Origin: Thermoprotei archaeon
Lineage (GTDB): Archaea; Thermoproteota; Thermoprotei; QMSL01
Length of the DNA stretch: 64,000 bases
Reading direction: 5' to 3'
Assembly: GCA_003650925.1 (NCBI GenBank)
Contig: QMSP01000007.1
Span: 475 to 64,474, forward strand
The notes under the pieces were generated by a model. It was not told the DNA's origin. It did no database searches and saw only the letters and a list, made by a program, of their open reading frames with translations. Below, piece by piece: positions 60,081 through 64,000 of this stretch (within the stretch, counting starts at the first letter, position 1; each line of letters opens with the position of its first letter). The translations under genes and the position numbers were made by a program.

Positions 60081-60163
60081 GGCTGAGGCACCCGTCCACA
60101 AGGGTGAAGAACTCCCCTGAGGAGTCCAGGACTAGGCGTGGACGGGTTAACCGATGAGGCCGC
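60081..60163 (+). ncRNA. Unclassified structured ncRNA
   Basis: GC-rich island in an AT-rich gap; 10-bp stem 60090-60099/60138-60147; CTGA at the 5' end and CGATGA at the 3' end; TATA-like element about 25 nt upstream. Confidence 0.5.
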
Positions 60164-60221
60164 TTATAAACTTTTCTCAGCTTCTGACAAAAAGAAGAGA
60201 ACAGGTGTGATTAGGTTTGGC

Positions 60222-61481
60222 TCACTTCTTGAGAGCCTTACCCCATCCAAGTCTTTCATGAGCTTCTGCAAGATGTCCTGCTGCTAAAGCTGCGAGTAAC
60301 GAGAGCTCACCTGCTAGGCAGGCCGCTGCTACAATCTCAGCAAACTTCTTGCAGTTTGTCCCTGGAGGATCTCCAGGGCCAGCACAGCCCATGATGGCTA
60401 AGGCTTCTCTTTGAGTGGGAAGGCCTGTTCCCCCTCCTACAGTAGCTACTTCCAGTGATGGAAGGGTTACGCTTATGTACAAGTCTCCCTCTGGAGTGAC
60501 TTCGGCCATGGTTATGCCCATGGAGGATTCAACCACTTGGGCTACATCCTGGCCTGTTGCTATGAATATGGCTGCCACTATGTTGGCTATATGGGCATTT
60601 AGGCCATATGCTGAAGCAAGCCCACTGCCTAACAGATTCTTTCTCACGTTAACCTCAACTATGGCCTCAGGCGTCGTCTTTAGCTTCTCTTCCACTATCT
60701 TTCTCTTAACCACAGCTTCGCTGACTACAGTCTTGCCCCTGCCAAGCAGCCAATTGACTGCATTAGGCTTCTTATCTACGCATAAATTACCGCTAAGGCT
60801 TACTAGCTTGGCATATCCTGTATTCTTCTCTATGAGCTTGCAGGCTCGATCACAGCCTATGGTAACCATGTTCATGCCCATAGCATCATAGGTGTAGGCC
60901 TCAAACCTTAGCCATACGTTCCTTCCAACAATCCATGGCCTTATGTCAAGGAGCTTTAGGTAGGGACTCACAGATTCAAACTCCTTCCTAATCTCCTCTA
61001 TATGCTCTCTAACCCATTCAACAAGCTCTACAGCTTTCTCCACGCTGGGAACTACAAATAGTGGAGCTCGTGTCATGTGATCTCTTATTATCTTGCTTCT
61101 GGCTCCTCCTGAAGCTGTTATGGCACTACACCCTCTATTCACGCTAGCAACAAGCGCACCCTCTGTAGTACAGAGAGGTATGAAATACTCTCCATCAGCA
61201 TAATCCCCCTTTACCTTCAGAGGGCCCGCGACTGCCATGGGGATCTGTGCACAGCCTATGGCAACCTCTATGTTCCTTCCCTTAGTAAGGTCCAAGTCGA
61301 TACTGTAAGAGCCTATGTGCTCAAGCTTAGCTCCAGTCAGCTTCTCAAGAGCTTTTCTCCTTATGCTTGCAGCCCTGTCCACATCCCATTCAACATAGCC
61401 TTCAACCTTGTAGAACTTGAGTTCCTTTCTGACTAGCTTCTCAACAAGTTCATCGTCGATACTCATTTCGACACCTGTCAT
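60222..61481 (-). CDS. hmgA: HMG-CoA reductase, class I (NADPH)
   Basis: TTEGALVAS.NRG, DAMGMNM, SGNLCVDKK, TGQDVAQ, GELS, AH..L. Confidence 0.95.
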   Translation of the reverse strand: MTGVEMSIDDELVEKLVRKELKFYKVEGYVEWDVDRAASIRRKALEKLTGAKLEHIGSYSIDLDLTKGRNIEVAIGCAQIPMAVAGPLKVKGDYADGEYFIPLCTTEGALVASVNRGCSAITASGGARSKIIRDHMTRAPLFVVPSVEKAVELVEWVREHIEEIRKEFESVSPYLKLLDIRPWIVGRNVWLRFEAYTYDAMGMNMVTIGCDRACKLIEKNTGYAKLVSLSGNLCVDKKPNAVNWLLGRGKTVVSEAVVKRKIVEEKLKTTPEAIVEVNVRKNLLGSGLASAYGLNAHIANIVAAIFIATGQDVAQVVESSMGITMAEVTPEGDLYISVTLPSLEVATVGGGTGLPTQREALAIMGCAGPGDPPGTNCKKFAEIVAAACLAGELSLLAALAAGHLAEAHERLGWGKALKK

Positions 61482-61584
61482 CTCTTAATACTTGAGAATA
61501 TATTAAAGTCTTAGGATACATTGAGGAGGAGTTGAGCTTAAATAATAATTCATCAGCTACATAGAACTGAGAATCGGTGATACT

Positions 61585-62145
61585 ATGAGCTATCCAGATA
61601 AAGTCAGGGTTCTCATCAAGGTCTGTAAGGTCTTATCAGATAGAGGCGTGAGATATGTAGTAATAGGAGACTCAGTTCTCAACCTACTCTACCCAGGGAA
61701 GTGGACCAAGGAACCTCGTGACCTGACGATCCTTGCCACAGAGCCTGATCTGATATTTGAGACCGAGTTCTATGAGAAGCTTGGTCAGGAAGAGGGATGG
61801 GATGTAGGTTACTCTCAAGTAGGCACCATATACTATGAAGTCGAAGGTGAAGTCATAGAGCTGTACTCCAACATTGGAGACATATATTATCCACCACCAA
61901 TGATTGATGAAGCAGCTATAGTCGAGGTTGATGATGCAAAGGTAAGAGTTCTAAGAATAGAGGATTATCTAGTCTCAAAGGCTAGAGAATGGAGGAGAGA
62001 AGAAAGAGTGACTTTAAGTGAGGTGGCCAGCTTCATAGGAAGAGAAGGTATCAAGATTGATAAGAAGCGTCTTAGGGAGATGGCTGAATACTTCGACGAG
62101 AAGGACGATATTCTTAGGAAGCTCAAGCTCGTTGGTTTACTATGA
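61585..62145 (+). CDS. Nucleotidyltransferase-fold protein
   Basis: YVVIG, RDL.I, EDYLVSK; catalytic DxD appears degenerate. Confidence 0.65.
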   Translation: MSYPDKVRVLIKVCKVLSDRGVRYVVIGDSVLNLLYPGKWTKEPRDLTILATEPDLIFETEFYEKLGQEEGWDVGYSQVGTIYYEVEGEVIELYSNIGDIYYPPPMIDEAAIVEVDDAKVRVLRIEDYLVSKAREWRREERVTLSEVASFIGREGIKIDKKRLREMAEYFDEKDDILRKLKLVGLL

Positions 62146-62181
62146 TAACTTCTTGAACCTCATTTCCTCAGGCTAATGATT

Positions 62182-62235
62182 TCTCAGCAATGGGACCTCT
62201 CATCACGTTTCAGAGTGAGGAAAAATCATCATCTA
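62182..62235 (-). ncRNA. Box C/D guide sRNA
   Basis: ATGATGA TTTTTCCTCACT CTGA aac GTGATGA GAGGTCCCATTG CTGA; all four boxes canonical with 12-nt guides. Confidence 0.9.
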
Positions 62236-62268
62236 ACTACATAGATAGCCAGCGGTCCTTAAATATTT

Positions 62269-63114
62269 CTAACAGTCCACGCATTCAGCATAGTATTGCA
62301 TGAGCTCTTCCCAGGTATATTTCGCTCCTCCCACTACAAGGCCCATCCATGTAATCACCACCTTGTACCTTAGGTCTCTTATCGGTCCATCTATGTGTAG
62401 CTTGACGCCTGGGATGAAGGTTGCAGATGCATATTTCCATGAGAAGTTAAACCATCTTGTGAATCCATTCATATCAACTTCATCTCTCCACAGAATGAGC
62501 TCCTTATCCTCTATGATGGACTTGATAACCACTATAGCTCCTCTCCCTCTGTAATGAAGAGGCTCTCCATCCTCAGTCAGTACTCTGAACTTGACAGCAC
62601 CTTGCCATACCTCTACATAACTATTGTTCAGAGCACATAGATCGTTCCAACTAAGTCTGTCTAGAACCACTAGTGGATGATAGACCTTCACCCCTTCATA
62701 CTCCCTTGCCAAGATTATGGTCAAGTTAAATAGCCCACGTGCCTTAGCAGGATAGAGTGGGTTCCACAACCTCAACTTGACCCATCCCATTCTATCCGTA
62801 GTAGTCTCCTCTACGACAAGCGGAAACTCGCCTATCTCAATCCCTGGAAGAGTTCTGTTGTATATTGCAACTATGATTCTCTCGTTGCTAACCCATCCTA
62901 CTACTTTATTATTTACCATAGGAGTTATGAGTCTAACCAGCAGAGTTACATATCTTGCCTTATGCTCAAGCTTGTCCACATCAATATCCATTAGCTCCTC
63001 TGCTGCTCCTGCATTAGCTTCATCTAAGGCCTCAAGAACTGTATAGAACACGTCTGGAGCGAAGCTGATACTGGACACTATCAGCATCAACATCATGAGG
63101 CTCAAGGGCCACAT
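62269..63114 (-). CDS. Hypothetical secreted or surface protein
   Basis: Signal-peptide-like N-terminus, beta-rich, several N-x-S/T sequons. Confidence 0.55.
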   Translation of the reverse strand: MWPLSLMMLMLIVSSISFAPDVFYTVLEALDEANAGAAEELMDIDVDKLEHKARYVTLLVRLITPMVNNKVVGWVSNERIIVAIYNRTLPGIEIGEFPLVVEETTTDRMGWVKLRLWNPLYPAKARGLFNLTIILAREYEGVKVYHPLVVLDRLSWNDLCALNNSYVEVWQGAVKFRVLTEDGEPLHYRGRGAIVVIKSIIEDKELILWRDEVDMNGFTRWFNFSWKYASATFIPGVKLHIDGPIRDLRYKVVITWMGLVVGGAKYTWEELMQYYAECVDC

Positions 63115-63274
63115 ACTCTCAAGTTATCATAAGACTCAAACAGGTATAATAACTAATCTACTTGTCTCCCCTCGCCCTTACAAGGCTCAACCTCAACCTC
63201 CTTGGCTAGAATTGCTAGAAGTGGAAGGGTTTAAATTAGCCTATAGAGCCTAGAAACTGAGGGATGGTGAAAGC

Positions 63275-63973
63275 TTGATCATGGTCTATCACGGATCTCT
63301 ATCCTTCTACATCAATTATAAGGGTGACGCTGTCGCTGTCAACATACAGCGATACCCTACCAAGGTTCTGGCTCACATAAAGTTCACTGGATCACGTATG
63401 GAACCCCAGATGGTCAAGGCTGGAAAAATCGAAATGGTCTGGGCTGGAAAAGGTATGCTGCTTAGAGGAGATAGAGAAGTGTACATAACAACAGAGAGAG
63501 GACCTGTGAGGAAAGGAGCTGACTACTTAGTAGTTCTTCATCCAAGGAAGGACAAGGTGAAGATCTTCTTCAATGATCAGCGTACACTTATCGTAAGAGG
63601 AGAGGCCTTTGATTTCACTCATTGCAGAATAGTCACAAAACTTCACAGCATGAACATTGAAGAGGAGTTCCTCAGATTAATGATAGATGGTAAGAAGAAG
63701 GTTGAGGGAAGGCTTTATGATGAGAAGAGGAGACAGATCAGGGCTGGAGATTACTTAAGGTTCATAGCTCAGAGCGGCCTCGAGGCCTACTTTCTTGTAA
63801 CTGATGTCAAGGTGTATCCTGGCTTCATGGAGATGCTTGAGAGTGAAGGCCTTCACAACGTCCTTCCCAAGGCAAGGTCTCTTGCCAATGGAATTCGAGT
63901 GTATAGAAGATTTTATAGAGAAAGAGAGGAACTTGAGTATGGAGTATGTGCTATTCACATAGTGCCTTTGTGA
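63275..63973 (+). CDS. Protein with C-terminal ASCH domain
   Basis: GKKKVEGRL.DEKR..I..GD, Y.GF.EML..EG, Y..FY..E.E..YGV. Confidence 0.85.
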   Translation: MIMVYHGSLSFYINYKGDAVAVNIQRYPTKVLAHIKFTGSRMEPQMVKAGKIEMVWAGKGMLLRGDREVYITTERGPVRKGADYLVVLHPRKDKVKIFFNDQRTLIVRGEAFDFTHCRIVTKLHSMNIEEEFLRLMIDGKKKVEGRLYDEKRRQIRAGDYLRFIAQSGLEAYFLVTDVKVYPGFMEMLESEGLHNVLPKARSLANGIRVYRRFYREREELEYGVCAIHIVPL

Positions 63974-64000
63974 GTCCTATATAGTGACTATCTCATACTT

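Noticed and set aside
60117-60136. Hammerhead-like CTGAGGA-GTCC..GGAC
   Set aside because: No GAAA core after stem II, and the loop is too short
1-64000. CRISPR array, transposase or integrase
   Set aside because: No regularly spaced repeats or recombinase motifs seen

Overview
Gene-dense chromosomal segment of a thermophilic archaeon, probably TACK/Thermoproteota. This is inferred from class I LysRS, TrpB2, IPK, class I HMG-CoA reductase, CdvA-like proteins, GGTGA ribosome-binding sites and BRE/TATA promoters. Main observations: (1) A complete bacterial-type lactose/cellobiose-family phosphotransferase (PTS) cluster (744-7888) lies next to the 3' end of tRNA-Arg(UCG). It encodes EI, HPr, IIA, IIB and IIC plus an SIS enzyme, a HAD phosphatase and an uncharacterised TIM-barrel protein, but no phospho-glycosidase. 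(2) About a dozen small guide RNAs that the ORF track misses sit in the intergenic gaps at 39-62 kb. These are seven box C/D sRNAs (three clustered, one predicted to make Cm34 of tRNA-Val(CAC)), three or four H/ACA-type K-turn hairpins (one with a one-sided 17-nt complement to 16S rRNA) and one unclassified structured RNA. (3) A free-standing, extein-less, apparently catalytically dead intein/LAGLIDADG protein (39454-40671). (4) asnS appears to start at an ATT codon. (5) A divergent EF-1alpha-like GTPase is coupled to hisS. The rest is housekeeping and hypothetical genes. All calls come from reading the sequence and recalling motifs; no database searches were run.
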